Shown here one piece after another: positions 11,409 to 26,834 of a stretch of DNA of 64,000 bases. Position 1 is the stretch's first letter; each line of letters begins with the position of its first letter. A model generated the notes under the pieces. It was not told the origin of the DNA and ran no database searches. It saw only the letters and a list, made by a program, of their open reading frames with translations. Source of the DNA: Eledone cirrhosa (Eukaryota); assembly GCA_964016885.1 (NCBI GenBank), contig OZ024745.1:68820001-68884000 (forward strand), in the 5' to 3' direction. Made by a program: the position numbers and the translations under genes.

Positions 11409-13965
11409 CTGAAAAGTTTACAAATCCAAATTATAAAATAAACAAAAATTCGTTTGGTACCATTTTTAATTATTGCCTTATTTCAATGCACCGATCTTTA
11501 AAGAAAGAGTTAATTGATTTTGTCGTTAATTTCCTGCTTTAGTGAACGGACAATCCAAAATGTACACTTAGTTCTAGGAAACAGTTTTAGAATTATTAAC
11601 TCGTCAAACTACACATATACCTAATAATACTATAAAAAGATATGATCTGAGCAATTTTCATCATTAAAAATAATAGTCATTATTTTCGGCGGACTAATAA
11701 AAATATGAATTGTATCTAAATAGGATTTTTTGTTTTAATGTTTAATAATTATAAAGAAGCATCAATGCATATCACTTTGGTTGGGATAATTGAGCCAAAG
11801 ACTATTCCCCGTTAATATCCTTCACTAGAATCGGTTAGAAGTGCTTCAAACGAGAGATTAATTAATCTAATTAGTCGCATTGCTCTCCAAGCTTTTAAGC
11901 CCTGTATTTTTAAATATTGAATGTGGATCGATTATAAAAATTAAAACACATACTCACACAACAAGCAGACATAAAACAACAACAATCCCGCAATGAATTC
12001 GGAAGCACAAAGTCATGAACCAGTAATATCATTATCAGACAGCATCGGGTTTGTATTGTTCATTAGGTCAACTAGACTGGAACCATGGGCTCTGCAAAGA
12101 CTAGAGGCTTATGAATTCTTTTCACTGAAGTGAGGTGAAAGATTGAAGTTCCAGAAAGGGTTCAAAATACCTGGAAGCCTAGGGGCCCGAACATGGGTTA
12201 ATACAGTCTAGGACTGCTCTGTCGACGGTTACAGTTTTGTTCTATCCTGGTACAATCCCAGGACAAAGTGGAGATTTCCTTTGTCGTCCAGTCAGTCTCG
12301 GTCTCCTAGGTGGGCTCGTGACACTCTCTTTCGCACACCTTACTGTGGCACTTATATGTCGTATTTAAACATGGTTACAGTTTCTGGGGTGATGTTCTCT
12401 AACTCTTGTCAGTAAATTTATAATATATCTAGTGAGTAATATATAGTATATTTAGTGTATAATGTCCAAGTATATAATATCTATTATATCTAAATGTGTA
12501 GTATACCTTGTGATCCATATATAGTACATCTAGTGTATAATATATACTATATCTGGTATATGGTAAATAGTATATCTAATGTATAATAAATATAAAGTGT
12601 CATCTTCATAATCATATTTTAGTTGCCCAGAAATCTGAGCTGGTGTGAGACTAACGATTTGAAGAAGGGTGACGTTCCGGTCATTTCGTATGGATCGATG
12701 TTTGACGTAGGATAGCTTACATATATGAGGATTTTAATGTGTGCATGCTGTTTTCTATCTTTTTTTTTATGGTCCGCGATTTGCAGTCGTAGAGTATGAC
12801 AGTGGTACAAGTAACGTTAGTTAGGGTAATTTAATAGACTTATTTGACTATTTTATATTCATTATATGAATTGTGGCAACAAAAAAAAATTTTTTATTTA
12901 CGCACAAAATCGACTCCTAGCACCCACACATATATAAAGTTGCTTGAATGTAGGCCAGCCATGGATTGCTCAAAGAAACTGACCCTTGGAATAATGAGTA
13001 CAACTTATTTTTGAACTGGAGCAATGTGTCTTAATAAGACATACAATGTGCTTCCGGGAAACGAACATATTACCCCACCAGCGTGAATCGAACACACTAA
13101 CCACTCAGCCACACACTATATTCGATGTGAATGTATACTAGACAGATGACAGGTGTTTATCTTTAGATATGTGGGAGGAAGGAGTAGTATTTCATGTAGG
13201 AGTAGTAAATGTTGGTGGCGATCTTCAGTTAAAATAGCAAGATGGATTTATTTTCAACATAATAATTTAGATGTTATGTTATGTCTAGGTAAACACATAT
13301 TATTTCATATTTAATTTAATTTAGTTCTTGTTCTTGTTTGTGTCATTAAAGCTCGCTTTAAATCTATTAAGCTAAAAAGATATGTGGTATTATGTAGCAA
13401 GCTATACAACTACTGGAATCGAAAGAAGAAAAAACTGAGCATAAATGTTTAGTAAATAAATTTAGCGTTGCTAATAGTTCGTTTAAGAAGTGGAGCAAAA
13501 GTAAAGTTCCAGTTAGGGGTCAGTGGATTGGCAGAATGCACAGTACCTGATTCGGCTCAGAACATTCTGAGTTCAAATCCCATTCTCTTCCGCTAGAAGT
13601 TACAATCGGTGTACAATATCAGTTAAGGAACAACCAAAGGAAACATTGTTTTCTTGGTTTAATCTGACAATCGGTATCATTATTAAAATGTGAAGGCGGG
13701 TGTCCTTCTGGTTAGGATGTTCGGCTCACATGGATTTCCTGGACCAGATGGTACTGTGTGTTCTTGAGCAAAGCACTTCATTTCACGTTGCCCTAGTCTT
13801 CTCAGCTGAAAATAAATAAGTACCAACAGCCCTTTGTGGTTCATTGTGCAACAGAATTGTACTCTCTCGCTTCACACCAAGGAAAACGGGATAAATTTGA
13901 AAAGTCACTGGCCTTTGAAATCTCTGCAACATTTTAGAAGTACAAATAAAAAGGGATAATGATAA

Positions 13966-14151
13966 TAATTGTTCCTACTTTTTGGCACAAGGCCAGCAAT
14001 TACCCAGTACATTACTGGTATTTTATTCTATCGACCCCGTAAGGATGAAGGGCAAAGTTAACCTCGGCGGGATTTGAACTCAGATAGTAAAGGGACGTAA
14101 CTATGCTGGAAAGCATGTCCGACCCTCCACCGATACTGCCAATTCACCGCC
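13966..14151 (-). mobile_element. SINE family A copy, followed by a partial copy at ~14160-14295
   Basis: Reverse complement of the family A sequence. Confidence 0.88.
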
Positions 14152-16343
14152 ATTTGATGATAATAATAATGATTTATAGTATAGGCACAAGGCCAGTAGT
14201 TTGGGGGGGGGGGTCGATTAAATCGACCCCAGTGCATTACTGGTGCTTTATTTTATCGACCCCGTAAGGATGAAAGGCAAAGCTGGCCTCTGTGGGTTAA
14301 TAATTTTGTGGTAAAGCTGCATGATGAGAACCTGTGGACACCTCTACCCGCTGTTGTAAGCTGTGAACAGCTCCACTCCCATCATACTTGTCCTGCCCGA
14401 CGGTTTCACTGCTGGTTGCCACCAAGAAATTCCCATCAAGTGTTCCAGCCCCATAGCAATTTAAATTCATATTTCTCCTTTTCATTTTTTTTCATGTCAT
14501 TTGCGTTTATGAGGTTGCGCAACTATCAGTGCTGTTACATTTATGTCAAAATTGTTGTGGCACTGACACTGCTCTACGACCATTCTTTGAATTGTGTCAT
14601 TGACCAGGTCACACTATAAATGTAAAGTGAATTTAACAGATTTTTGCATATTTGTTGGATGGCTAAAGTGACACATCGATAATGAAATAAATTACTTCTT
14701 TGTTTTAACTGATATTTGGTTCTTAGAGTTAGTACTTCAGTACAAGACAACATGAAACATGTTTAGAAGAGAAAATGGGGAAGATAGGGCATGAAATCAG
14801 CCTTGTCACACAATATCACGCTTAATCTGCTTGAGAATTACGTTAGAGGTACATGTCTTTGGAATGCTCATTCACTTGCTCTATCATAGTATCAGGACTA
14901 GCCTTGTCACACACTGTTCTACACTGAATCTCCCTGATAATTACATAAAGGGTACATGTGTTTGTGAAGGTGGTGCCCCAGCATGGCCTCAGTCTAATGA
15001 CTGAAACCAATAAAAGCGTAAAAGAGTAAGTATGTGGGATGCTGAGCTGTTTACACTATAATACAAAATGGACTGTACCAGTAATTCAAAAAGCCAGCCT
15101 TTTCACACAGTGCCACATTGGATTTCTCTGGGGATTGCGCTAAGGTTACCAGTGTCAGTTAACAGTTTAGCCATATGCACGTTAATTTCATGACGAGGCT
15201 ATTCTGTTGGTCGTACGACTGGAAGAATACTTCGTCGAAAACGACGGAGATCCAATCCAGCTTCTTTCTACTATAATCCTTGCTCGTCTTGATTTATATC
15301 TTTGGTAAATATAGAGCTGTTTGTTGACAAGTTTATGGTTTTGATATTTAAAGCACGTTTTTGAAGCAGCAAGGAAACCAGTTTGTCTTTATTTGTTTAA
15401 TGTTTATGTTCGTTGTTGTTGCTGCTGCCTTTACATATTTAGTTGTCAGGGATGAACTGAAGTAGATAAACATTCCGAATACTATGGAGGTGAAAAAGAG
15501 AAAATGGACAAGTATTTCCAAACAGAAACAATGACTTTAATTTATAACTCGCTTAACCCGTGGAAATTCCACAGATTAATTAGAAATAACCATCAAATAT
15601 TGAAGACCACCACCTTCTTTTTCACCCACTTATTCCTGATAGGGTTGTGGAGGCAGCGTACTTAAACACTCCTTCCAGCGGGTCATGTCAGACGCAACCA
15701 GCTCCAACTGATCGGAGTGGACCCCTAAGCGAGACCAGCCAAGCTCAAGATGACATTTTAAATGTTTTATTTCCTTATTATATATACATGCACACAAGTT
15801 ATTTTTGGTTTAAAAAAAAAATCTTTTTTTAGGTGCTACCTCTAGCAGCAACACCACAAACACACTTACCATCCGATTTTCGCAAAGGCTTGTTACACCG
15901 TGGCATTAAAAAGTTGTTTTGCGGCGTTGCCGCTACCTCCACCAGGATTACAATATCTCTCTCATTCTATCCACTTTCCAGATAATAAATTATCAGCATT
16001 ATATTAGAAATGCCCTCGATTCATGGGTATGAACATAAAAGTTTCTTAATATAAGCGCGTGTGTATGTGTGTGTGTAGGGGGGGGGGGGGTCAGAAATTG
16101 AAGGTGTATTTTCAAGGGTCAAACTCGTCTAACACAGTGGTACGCTGAATCTTCCTGAGAGCTGCTACGGCAAAAGTGCACGTGTCAATGCGATGCTCAG
16201 CAATTTGGAACACACGTCCTCGGAAACGAAGGACGTTAAAAAACAAAAAAAAAAACATGCACACACGTGTATATATGTTTATATACATAAATATTTATGT
16301 AAATACATACATAAATCTATATACATACAGACAAACATAAATA

Positions 16344-16435
16344 TACAGGGTATCCCCCCACCCCCCAAAAAAATGTATTCACACTTTGATTACCTATACA
16401 GCAATATTTATTAGAAGTGTGTGGGACACCCTGTA
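16344..16435. mobile_element. Tiny Tc1/mariner-type MITE
   Basis: TIRs tacagggtatccc / gggacaccctgta with terminal TA. Confidence 0.65.
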
Positions 16436-16445
16436 TGTGTGTGTC

Positions 16446-16479
<34 letters not shown>

Positions 16480-16480
16480 C

Positions 16481-16511
<31 letters not shown>

Positions 16512-16916
16512 CATATATATGTGTGTGTATGTATGTACGTTTGTATGTATATGTACTCGCATCTCATAGCAACGATACGACGTAACTATTTTACTTCAGC
16601 TGTCTTGCTTTCTTTAATATTTTACCGAAATACATCAAGATAGAAACAGATCCCATAATATTCAAATGTTCCCTGGATAAATTCATTCAATCACGGATAA
16701 AACCCCTATAACCGGATATGTCCCAGAAAACAAAAGCTCTCTATTGAGTGAGCTACGGTGTCAAAAACATGAATGACTAAATTGTGACCCCATAAGTTGC
16801 AAGACGTCGCCATGTGGTGCTATTAAGTTAAACATGGCCAGGGTCAACACTGGCTGAATGTTATCGAATTTATATATAAATGTATATATGTATACACACA
16901 CATTTTATATACAGAT

Positions 16917-17109
16917 GGCGGTGGATTGGCAGTGTCGGTAGAGGGTCGGACGCTATGCTTTGACTCATAGAGTTACGGCCCTTGCCAGTCTGAGTTCAAA
17001 TCCCGCCGAGGTTAACTTTGCCTTTCATCCTTACGAGGTCGATAAAATAAAGTACCAGAAACACACTGGGTAATTGCTGGCCTTGTGCCGAAAGTAGAAA
17101 CACTTATTT
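16917..17109 (+). mobile_element. SINE family A copy
   Basis: Full-length match to family A. Confidence 0.9.
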
Positions 17110-17232
17110 AATATACATCTATACATACGTACATAGATACATAAATATATACACACACATACATATATGTATATATATATATGTACTTTTATACATATAT
17201 ACATACACATCTATACATGCGTACATAGATAC

Positions 17233-17268
<36 letters not shown>

Positions 17269-17485
17269 ACACACATATACATGCATATATATTACATTCA
17301 TACAAATAAAATAGTTACCACGAGAATGAATACCGGTACATTTTGATTGTCACTCTCACGAGCACTAGGTACAAGACAAACAGAAAAACCTGGCGTTACT
17401 GTTAGGTTAACTAGGCAGGCACCTATGATAAAGACCTCACAGTAGCATATTACTGAACCTTAGCAGATCACAGTGTTATACATGT

Positions 17486-17846
17486 TCTCGGGTTCCGAAT
17501 AATATGGTGGTTGGGGGGGGGGGACTAGCTTTTCAGTAATTTTAATAGGTTGTCTCCGTTGACTTTTAAAAAAAAACCAGAATTAATCATTTAGCTTAAA
17601 TATCGAGACTCCAACCTATTCTATTTATTTTATAACGCATGGGATTTCTAGGTATATAGAAAATTAATTGTCACTACCGCTTAAAATCAAATTTCGCCGG
17701 AGGTATATTAGCAAAATTTAATAAGTGGGGAAAGGATAAGAGAAGGAGGGAGGGATGAGGGGTTTTGAAAAAAATCTTAATTTAATAAGTGTGTGTGTGT
17801 GTGTGTGGAGGGGGGGGGGTGTTTAGCGATTATTCGAAACCCGAGA
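17486..17846. mobile_element. MITE-like element with 18-bp terminal inverted repeats
   Basis: tctcgggttccgaataat (17486-17503) vs attattcgaaacccgaga (17829-17846), one mismatch. Confidence 0.55.
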
Positions 17847-20018
17847 GTATGTGCATAATTAAATGTATATTGATTTGCTGGTATCAATTAATAAATCTCT
17901 AAATCTCTTTTTTTCGCGTAGCAATATTGTAGAAACATCCAAAGCTATAGAGAGGGTCATACGGTCACATGATTTGGGACTGATGAGTGTGGACTGTGTC
18001 GTAGAAAATGGGCCAAACACTAGGTTCCTATGTTTACGAAACTGTATGTTGAAATTATTTTATTTAGGGAAAATAAGGTACACATTGTAGAGCAAGCCTT
18101 GGACTATAAATACCCAGGCGACGGTCCTGCAGACACACACAAACATAGGGCTCTAAGGGATAAAATATTGTCCGGTATAAATGCAAGTAATAGACGGATG
18201 TTTACATATATAGGAATAAAAATCAGACAAAATATTTCAGATTTTTTTTAAAAGAGACTAGATAAAAAAAAATCAAATAATAATAACGATTTCTGATTTC
18301 GGCACAAGGCCAATAATTTGGGGGAGGGGCAAGTCAATTAAATCGACCCATTACATTACTGGTGTTTTATCTATCTACCCCATTAGGATGAAAAGTAAAG
18401 CTAATCTCAGCGGGATTTAAACTCAGAACGGAAAGTGATATAATTAAATGCCACAAAGCATATTGTCCATTTCACTACCCTCACGATAATGATAAAAACA
18501 AAAACAATCACTATAGGGGCTCTGGGAGTGATGAAAAATCACAATAAAAACTCCAGGACTTACAAATATATACAACATACAAAATAATATTACTACGCAC
18601 TACATGCATACATACATACATACATACGAAGTGTATTTAGAATAAAACAGAAACAAAACCACCAAAAGCAACACTGCACATATCCAAGGCGTACAGAGCT
18701 GTGCTCGGTAATTCAGTGACCACGCAATGAAAATATGACTAATGATAAAATAAATAATAATGGTTTATAGTTTAGGCACGAAAGATAAGTCGATTAAACC
18801 AAGCGCAGGACTTGAGTTGTTGTCGCTCGACTTTGGGAACAATATAAAAACAAAAAGCAACACAAACGAAGGGCAACTTGACAAAGGAAAAAAAGGATAG
18901 ATATAACAACAACATCAATAATAACAAAACAGCATATTTGAAGAGTTCTTTCAATACAATAGAAACAACAAAAAAAAAAAACAGCACTGCATGTTGCCGA
19001 GGACCACGGTGCTGTGCTCAGTAATTCATGGCAGATCACAATGAACATAAAATGATAATAACAACAATAGTTATACTATACCTATTAAAACCAAAGAGGA
19101 AAGGGTTCGTTGTATACATAAACGAGTGAAGACTTCTTTTAAGGAACTTCATACTGCCGGTACGCTGCGTCATTCTAAACACACCCCGGTACCACCCGGA
19201 ATACACATGGATACATTTACTGGCTGTTTTCTGTGATTCAGTTTTCTTCAAATAAATATCTTCTTTGAATTCTAAAACGTTGTCTTTTTCTTTCTTTTTT
19301 CTTAAATGTTTATCCTTGGATGTTTTTTTAAAAATGTTAACCCCAAATAATCAAGTTAGATTCATACGTATCAGAGATAATAATTTTTAAATAGTTTTCA
19401 TATGTTTTTAATTTGTTCACAAACCGTTTCTGTACAAAAGTTGAGAATTCTACCAGAGTGGTGGTTAGCAACATGTTTAGAAGTTGATTCAGTCTAAGGG
19501 CAAATGGACAGAGAGAAGAGAGAAAATATCTCTTTCCTGTATAAGCTAGAAATAAAGCCCTTGATAACCCCAAATTAATGGACGTGAGAAGTTATGTAGG
19601 TGAAAACAAAATATATTTAGATAAAATACTATATACATATGTGTGTATATATATATATATACATATACACACATATATCTATATATATATATATATTCTA
19701 AAATATGTAAGCTATAACATGTGGAAAGCAACCAAGGTAGGTGTCTGGTGTTGCTAGAATTGGTTTTTAAATTAACAGAGGTCAGAGAAGGAAGAGGAGA
19801 AGTAGATTGATATTGAACTTATGTAGTAAAGGAAGTAGAGTTAAAGAAATTACGAATCTAGGTGCAGCTATGGCTGTATAGTTAAGGAATTCGCTTCACC
19901 ACCACGTGGTTTTCGGTTCACACCAACTGTGTGGTGCATTGAGCAAATGTATTCTACTGTAGTCTTAGATTGACAAATGCTTTGTCAGTGAAATTGGATA
20001 GAAAGAAACTGCAGAAGA

Positions 20019-20070
<52 letters not shown>

Positions 20071-20331
20071 TGTGTGTGATTACGTCTGTATGTTTAAGTC
20101 CCGTTACCCAGTTGTTCGACAAAACAACCACCAGGTATGGAAAAATAAGAAATGGGGTTAATATGATAAAAAAATCCCTTAAGATGGTGCCGTAGCATGA
20201 CCTTATCTAATGACTTAAATCAGTAAAGGTGTCAGCTAGAAATTGGTAGTTCCTTTAGTATAGGAATAATCAGTTTCTAGATAGAGAGAGACAGAGAGGA
20301 ATTTGGGGAAATGTGTTGAAGTAACTTTCAT

Positions 20332-20437
<106 letters not shown>

Positions 20438-21388
20438 TAACTGATGGAATTACAAATGCTTTACATGTTCAGTAAGTTTTTATAAACATTTATAACATTA
20501 ATAATAACGAAGGTGCGGCGGCGGCGAAAATGAAGATGGCGGCGATTGGGGAAACTAATCATTTCTTAATGATGTATATTCGTTTTCACATGAATTCAAA
20601 TAAAGAGCCACATTTATAACACATAAAAATAACAAAACACATGAAACCTTTAAGACATACAGACACGTGCACACACAAAGTGTATGTACGTATGTATGTA
20701 CGAGCGTATGTATGTATGTATGTACTACTGGCTCTACTGCCTGTATAAGGTACTATATAGAAACACCAGTAAACTGGACGGTTGCTCCTAATAAATCTTA
20801 TTTCTATCCTGTCTAATATCCAGTCTTGTTAGATTGCTTCTTCCTTCACTCCCCTTACCATTTCTCTATAATTATCTCTATGAATTCAACTCTGGGTTTT
20901 CAATATCGGTAGATCGTTGAATAACATGTTTTGCAGCATGTAGTTACGGTCCTTTACGTTCTGAATTCAAATCTCGCCGAGGTTAGCTTTGTTTTTCATC
21001 ATGACAGGGGTTGATAAAATAAAGTACCAGTTACGCACTGGAGTCGATTCAATTGACTTTCTACCCCCCCCCCCCATTGTTGGCCTTGTGCCAAATATAG
21101 AAACCATTGTCTATATAAACTGAATTCTACGGAAAATATGTAAATAAGACATGTTTACATGTTTGTATCTATAGAAACGTGTATGTTTACATACACATTT
21201 ATTGCGGCTTCGGTAATATCCTGTATTGTCATTGGACTGATATAGATTTATTGTATATTTCTGCCGGCCATTGGACTGTATTTGGCACCATAAGCGAGCC
21301 CTCTATTGAAATATTGTATTGTAATATCGTTAGATATTGTTTATGGTATTGTTGTAGATGATAATGATAAATATGATAAAGATATGAG

Positions 21389-21675
21389 CAGGGCTGGATT
21401 TAATGGGAGGGGGCAAAGGGGACCTCGCCAGCGACGCCGTAGCAATACATTTGTGCCCTCAACTGGGATTTTTAGTTTTAGGATCGTTTGAATTTTTGAA
21501 TTTAATACCTCTATGTATAAGTTTTCAATTGCAATTACTTGCGCCAAGCTAACTTTGATATGGACAATTGAGGGGTGGGGGGTGGCAGAGGCGTGTATTC
21601 TAATTTTTGTGTGTAATCGCCCCTCCCCATCCATCCTGAAGTGCCCCGGGCCCCCTAAGGTCTAAATTCAACACC
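21389..21675. mobile_element. Decayed hAT-like MITE
   Basis: Starts cagggctggattta, ends with ggccccc...taaattcaacaccg (degenerate TIR); GC-rich subtermini. Confidence 0.35.
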
Positions 21676-23129
21676 GTGTGCATCCCCTTCTCCCAGTTAG
21701 TCGAACCATTCTCCTAAATGAAATAATTTCAACTTACAGTTTGGTATCCTGATATATTTAGGTTTTGACAATTTTTACCCTGATCACACTAATAAAATGC
21801 CAAAACTTCCATTTTTCACAACACAGAGTTTACTCAACCACAACAAATCATGTTACAGGTCATAAAAATCATATGATCCTCTCCACCGCTTTGAATATTT
21901 CCACAACGCTGCTACGCAGCAAAGATGTTTATTCATTTGCAGGAAATTATTATATTTAAGTTATACTAATGTGAAAATAACCAAGATTCTTTAAAGTTCG
22001 GTAAAGTACCTAGTTGGCATTAGGGTAGTGCCACTCTTGGGTATACTTCAGCTGCTTACTGCACGATTTAATATAAAACTGAGAGATGTTAATATTTTTT
22101 ACATCACTAATCTAAATAAATGAGTTTACTTGGCATTTTGGTTTGACTTTCAATGAGAAAAACACAGATAAACAACATGGAAAATAAAAAATATACAAAA
22201 ATATATAAATTGCAACTTGGAAACCAGGGGAACGGTGAGATAAAAATAGATACCTGAGGTAAAATGAATGAAAAAAATAATAAAAATCCGGAGATATATA
22301 GCTGTTCATAAACTAAAGTTGGTCTGAGATAAAACTGACAAATGTAGATTTAAAGGAACTATTCACTAGAAATTAGAAATTTGAGATTTCTGGTGGAACG
22401 GACCTCCGTCGGTTTCGACAATGAGTATTTCAGTTGTTCGCTCAACGAAACAGCTTATTCATGAAATTAATGTAAGTGACTGAGCATCCTTAGACACGAG
22501 TACTCTTAACGTAATTCTCGTTAACCATTCAGTCATGCTTCTACCACAACATTTCACAGTATATATTTTAGGAATATACACAAAATGTTTCAAATGAAGA
22601 AGGGTGCAGGTACAGCTGTGTGATTAAAGAGTTCGCACCCATATTGTTTTGAGTTCCCTTCCATTGCAAATAGTTCCTACTATAGTTTCGTGTCCACCAA
22701 TGTTTTGTGAATGAAATTTAGTAGCTGGATATTATGCAGAAGCCCCTCGTAGTTAAGACGGTGAATTGGCAAAGTCGTTAGAGCGTAGTATTAAGTGCTT
22801 TAGAATTTGTTCAAATACTACCGAGGGTAATTTTGTCTTTCATTTCTTCAGGGCTGACAGAACACTAGATCTAGTGGATTGATGAAATTGTTAGAGTCAG
22901 ACGGGATGCTTTGGTATATATCTTCCGGCTTTGTGCTTGGTGAGTTTAAATCCTGTCAATCGAAAAGTGGTCAGGAGTCTGTCAGTGGATGCAACAGATA
23001 GAGAGTATCAGAATGGAAAGATTATCGGAAACATTATTTCCTTGGTTCAATCAGGTGATCATCTCTTTTCCATATGTATTTACTGCTTGTTTGTGTTCTG
23101 TTATGATTGAGACTAATAAAAGCATGTGT

Positions 23130-23443
23130 ACGACCTCCGTCCGTTCCAATGACGAGTGTTCCAGTTGATTCGAACAACAGAAGAACTTGCTCCTGAAATT
23201 AATGTGCAGGAGGGTGAACATTCCGATATGTGCACCCTTGACGTAACTTTCAGGGAGATTCTTCGTGACACAAAGACTGGCTCTTTGAATTTGAGGTGCA
23301 AATTATTTGTGCCAGCTGAATAAACAGGAGCAATGTGAGATAAATTGTCTCGCTCAAGGACACAAATCGTCGCCCAATCCAGGAATCAAACTCGTGTTCT
23401 TTCGCTCCTATGCCGAACACACTATGAAACTATGCGCCTTCAC
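23130..23443 (-). mobile_element. tRNA-head SINE (family C)
   Basis: Minus strand begins gtgaaggcgca..., B-box-like gtttgattcc, then tgtccttgagcgagaca; homologous to 27497-27615, 13690-13810 and 59200-59450. Confidence 0.7.
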
Positions 23444-24106
23444 AAAGTTAAAAAATAAAGGAATACATAAAGTTGAAAAAAGGAAATGCGTAAATTATAT
23501 TTTATAATAGACATCTGGCATTCCGAATGAGGAAATGGTTCCCAGGTGTTATTTAAATGGTGTAGCCACAAATGTATCACTAATACATAGTTTTTATATG
23601 TCGCTAAAAATAATTAGGTTTCTAATATAGGCATGTTTTGTACCCATGATTGACGGACCATGGATGTGCCTCTTCGAAGTACAAGCCTTAGTAGAGCCTT
23701 CTGTGAAAGACCAGCAGTTACCTATGCAGGTCTGTTTTCTCTCTCCACGACACCCATGTTATCCAATGAAAAGGACAGGGCCAATACAACTTTACACCAG
23801 TAACGTCGAAACTCATTTTGTTCAGCTAAATAACTGAAACAACGTAAAATAAAGTGTTTTTACATAAAGACACAACACCCTGCCAGGTCCGGGAATGGAA
23901 CTCATGTCGTTACAATCGTGGGACCAGCACCTGCATCACGTTTCCATAATTCACATCAGTGACAGAGAAACACTTCAACACATTATTTTCCATTATGAAG
24001 AACACGGACAGAGAAAAAACTTTAACCCATTTCATAGCGTCTAAAGTCACTTGGATTCCATGCCATGATACAAAAATGTTTATTTTAACGTGCTTATATT
24101 TATCTA

Positions 24107-25131
24107 AGACTAGCAGTAAAGCCCGGCGTTGCTCGGGGTCGCTCAGTAGCTGTGTTAAAGTTACAATGTTAAGTTTCTTTCTTGGCTTAAAAACTGTAGT
24201 GTCTACTGTGCAGACTTGCATGTGGTGTTTTTGATTAATATTCCCTCAACCAACAATATGCCTTATGAAGTTAAGAAAACATAACGATAACCCGAATGTT
24301 ATAACAAAAGAGGATGCTGGGGATAGAAACTGCACTGGTTATTTATTAACAAAGATCGAAAATGTAAACACTGCAACGCAGAGAAAAACATTAGCGTAAC
24401 CAAATTATCAGTTATGTCTGTCTGCACGCCTATATCACCTCTCTGCACGACTGTCTGTCTGCACGCCTATATCACCTCTCTGCACGACTGTCTGTCTGCA
24501 CGCCTATATCACCTCTCTGCACGACTGTCTGTCTGCACGCCTATATCACCTCTCTGCACGACTGTCTGTCTGCACGCCTATATCACCTCTCTGCACGACT
24601 ATCTGTCTGCACGCGTATATCACCTCTCTGCACGACTGTCTGTCTGCACGACTGTCTGTCTGCACGCCTAACGACGAAATATTTGCTTGTTTTACGTAGT
24701 CTTTAAATAGACTTGTTTTCAAGTAAAAATATTGTTTTAAAATGCTTTTAAATGGAAATGAAGCAAAACGGAAGCTTAGTGTTCGAACTGATGAATTTTG
24801 CAGGTCAATATTTTGCTGGCTCGACAACTGTTCGTGTATTGTGTTAATGTCATTTTAAACGCTGAGAAAGCCAGCGTAATTTTTTACGTAAGACGCTCAA
24901 TGTAAACAGAACAAAGGGAAATAACTGATAACTTACGCTCAAAAATCGATACATTATATTCGATTTCGTCACATAGGGTGGGTCAATTTGAAATATTTTT
25001 TTCCGATGTTTTCGCTAGGGCTCAATGTACAAGTATAGCAATTTCGGTGCAATTCCGTGAGAGATTCTAAGAGGAGATGTGTGCCAAAAATCGATAGACA
25101 GACAGACAACCACAGTTTTATATATATAGAT
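24107..25131. mobile_element. Non-autonomous Helitron/Helentron-like element with internal minisatellite
   Basis: Left end actagcagtaaagcccggcgttgctcggg (ACTAG + GC hairpin); right end (gaca)n...ttttatatatatagat, the layout of DINE-1/Lep1-type elements. Confidence 0.6.
24415..24670. repeat. 37-bp minisatellite, ~6.5 copies
   Basis: Unit tgtctgtctgcacgcctatatcacctctctgcacgac, period 37. Confidence 0.95.
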
Positions 25132-25759
25132 AGATATATAATTGGCGAATTGGCGTTAGAGCGTGGATGGAATGTTTTGTGGTAATCGTTTCTGTTCTTT
25201 GAGTTCAAATCACGCCAAGACTTTACCTTTCATTTTTTCCAGGTTGATGAATAAAGTACCAGTCCAATAGTGAGTCGATTCTGACTGCCCCCTGATCTCT
25301 CTCTCGCCTGTGCTTAGACCTGGAAAAGTTATGGTTCAATGAAGATAATGATTTATCTAAATTAAACCTTCCATCATAAATTTATTTAAAACCATTTAAG
25401 TTAAGCTCCAAACACCAAGTTAACGAGAAAATTATGTTAATAAATCACTTCAAGTTCTTGATTATTTTCAAAATTATTTGAAAATCATTGGTAGTGTTTC
25501 TCATTTGAAATAAGGTAACGAAATAGTGAAGTAACGAAATAGTTAAGCAACGATAACAATATCCTTATCGATGGTAGGCGGTCGATTTGGCAGGCACGTT
25601 AGAGTTTGGGTTTATATAGTTCTGGGTCTCTACCTTTTGACGTCCAATGTCACTCTGCCTTTGATCTATTCAGAGTCGATAAAGAAGGTACCAGTTTATT
25701 GCTGGTGCAGCCTTCTTTCCTTTGCAGCTGCTACATGCTGGATGTTCCGCTAGATCAAA

Positions 25760-25938
25760 TAATTGTTTCTACTTTTGGCACAAGGCCAGCAATTACTCAG
25801 TACATTACTGGTACTTTATTTTATCGATCCCGTAAGGATGAAAGGCAAAGTTAACCTCGGCGGGATTTGAACTCAGACCGTAAAGGGACGTAACTATGAT
25901 ATAAGACATGGCGTCCAACCCTCTACCGATACTGCCAA
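25760..25938 (-). mobile_element. SINE family A copy
   Basis: Reverse complement match. Confidence 0.88.
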
Positions 25939-26775
25939 TGAGGGCTTCTATGTCTACTCACGACAGCACGGGCAATAAAACTCTTAACAAAAGCATGGTA
26001 CATACTACCAAGTCATACTCGATTAGCACTGGTGGCTGGAGTTACCTGTAGCTACGCTAACATCTTCAGTTTAGTGGAAAACTCAGTTATGTTTTGATAT
26101 TAAAGGGGCGTTGGAAGCATTTCTGAATTGGGGGGGGGGGGGGGGGCCAAATTTAGTTGTAGTGATTAGTTTAGCTGTTATCAAATATCAACCAGGATAT
26201 AAAAACTTCGATATGCGATAAACATAACATATACATAAATTGTTGCGCATATACAAATAGATGTGTTTCTGTAGTTTGGAAAGAAAAATATAATTATAGG
26301 AGAGTGGGTATTGATCCCCTTGGCTCCCCCAGTTCCTCTACTCCTGTATTATACGCGTATAATACCCGTATCATGTGAAAACAAAAGGTATTATCTTCCA
26401 ATAAATTGAAAATAAAAGTTAATTCAAGATAGTTCAAGAACTGACGTTCCTGTAATAAGTGTAAGGTAGCATTTGTCGTTGCAGTTAAGGAGACTGTCTG
26501 TTTCAATCATAAATCTGCCTATTACTGGTTCATATCCCATCTTTACTTAATTTGATACAGGGACGTCACTATTTTGTAGAGAATAAATGTCGTAGTATAA
26601 AATTAAATAGACCACAAGACGAAATATGCCGGTGCGAATTCGTATCGTATACATTGATAGATACGTTACAAAACATGCATTCACAGACATAGTTACTTAA
26701 GTTCAAAATCATCCGGTAGGCGGTGTTTCTGGTAGTGTGTGTGCATGTGTATATATATATATTGACCAAAAATAT

Positions 26776-26830
<55 letters not shown>

Positions 26831-26834
<4 letters not shown>

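Noticed and set aside
24414-24671. Cys/His-rich 85-aa ORF
   Set aside because: Product of the 37-bp minisatellite
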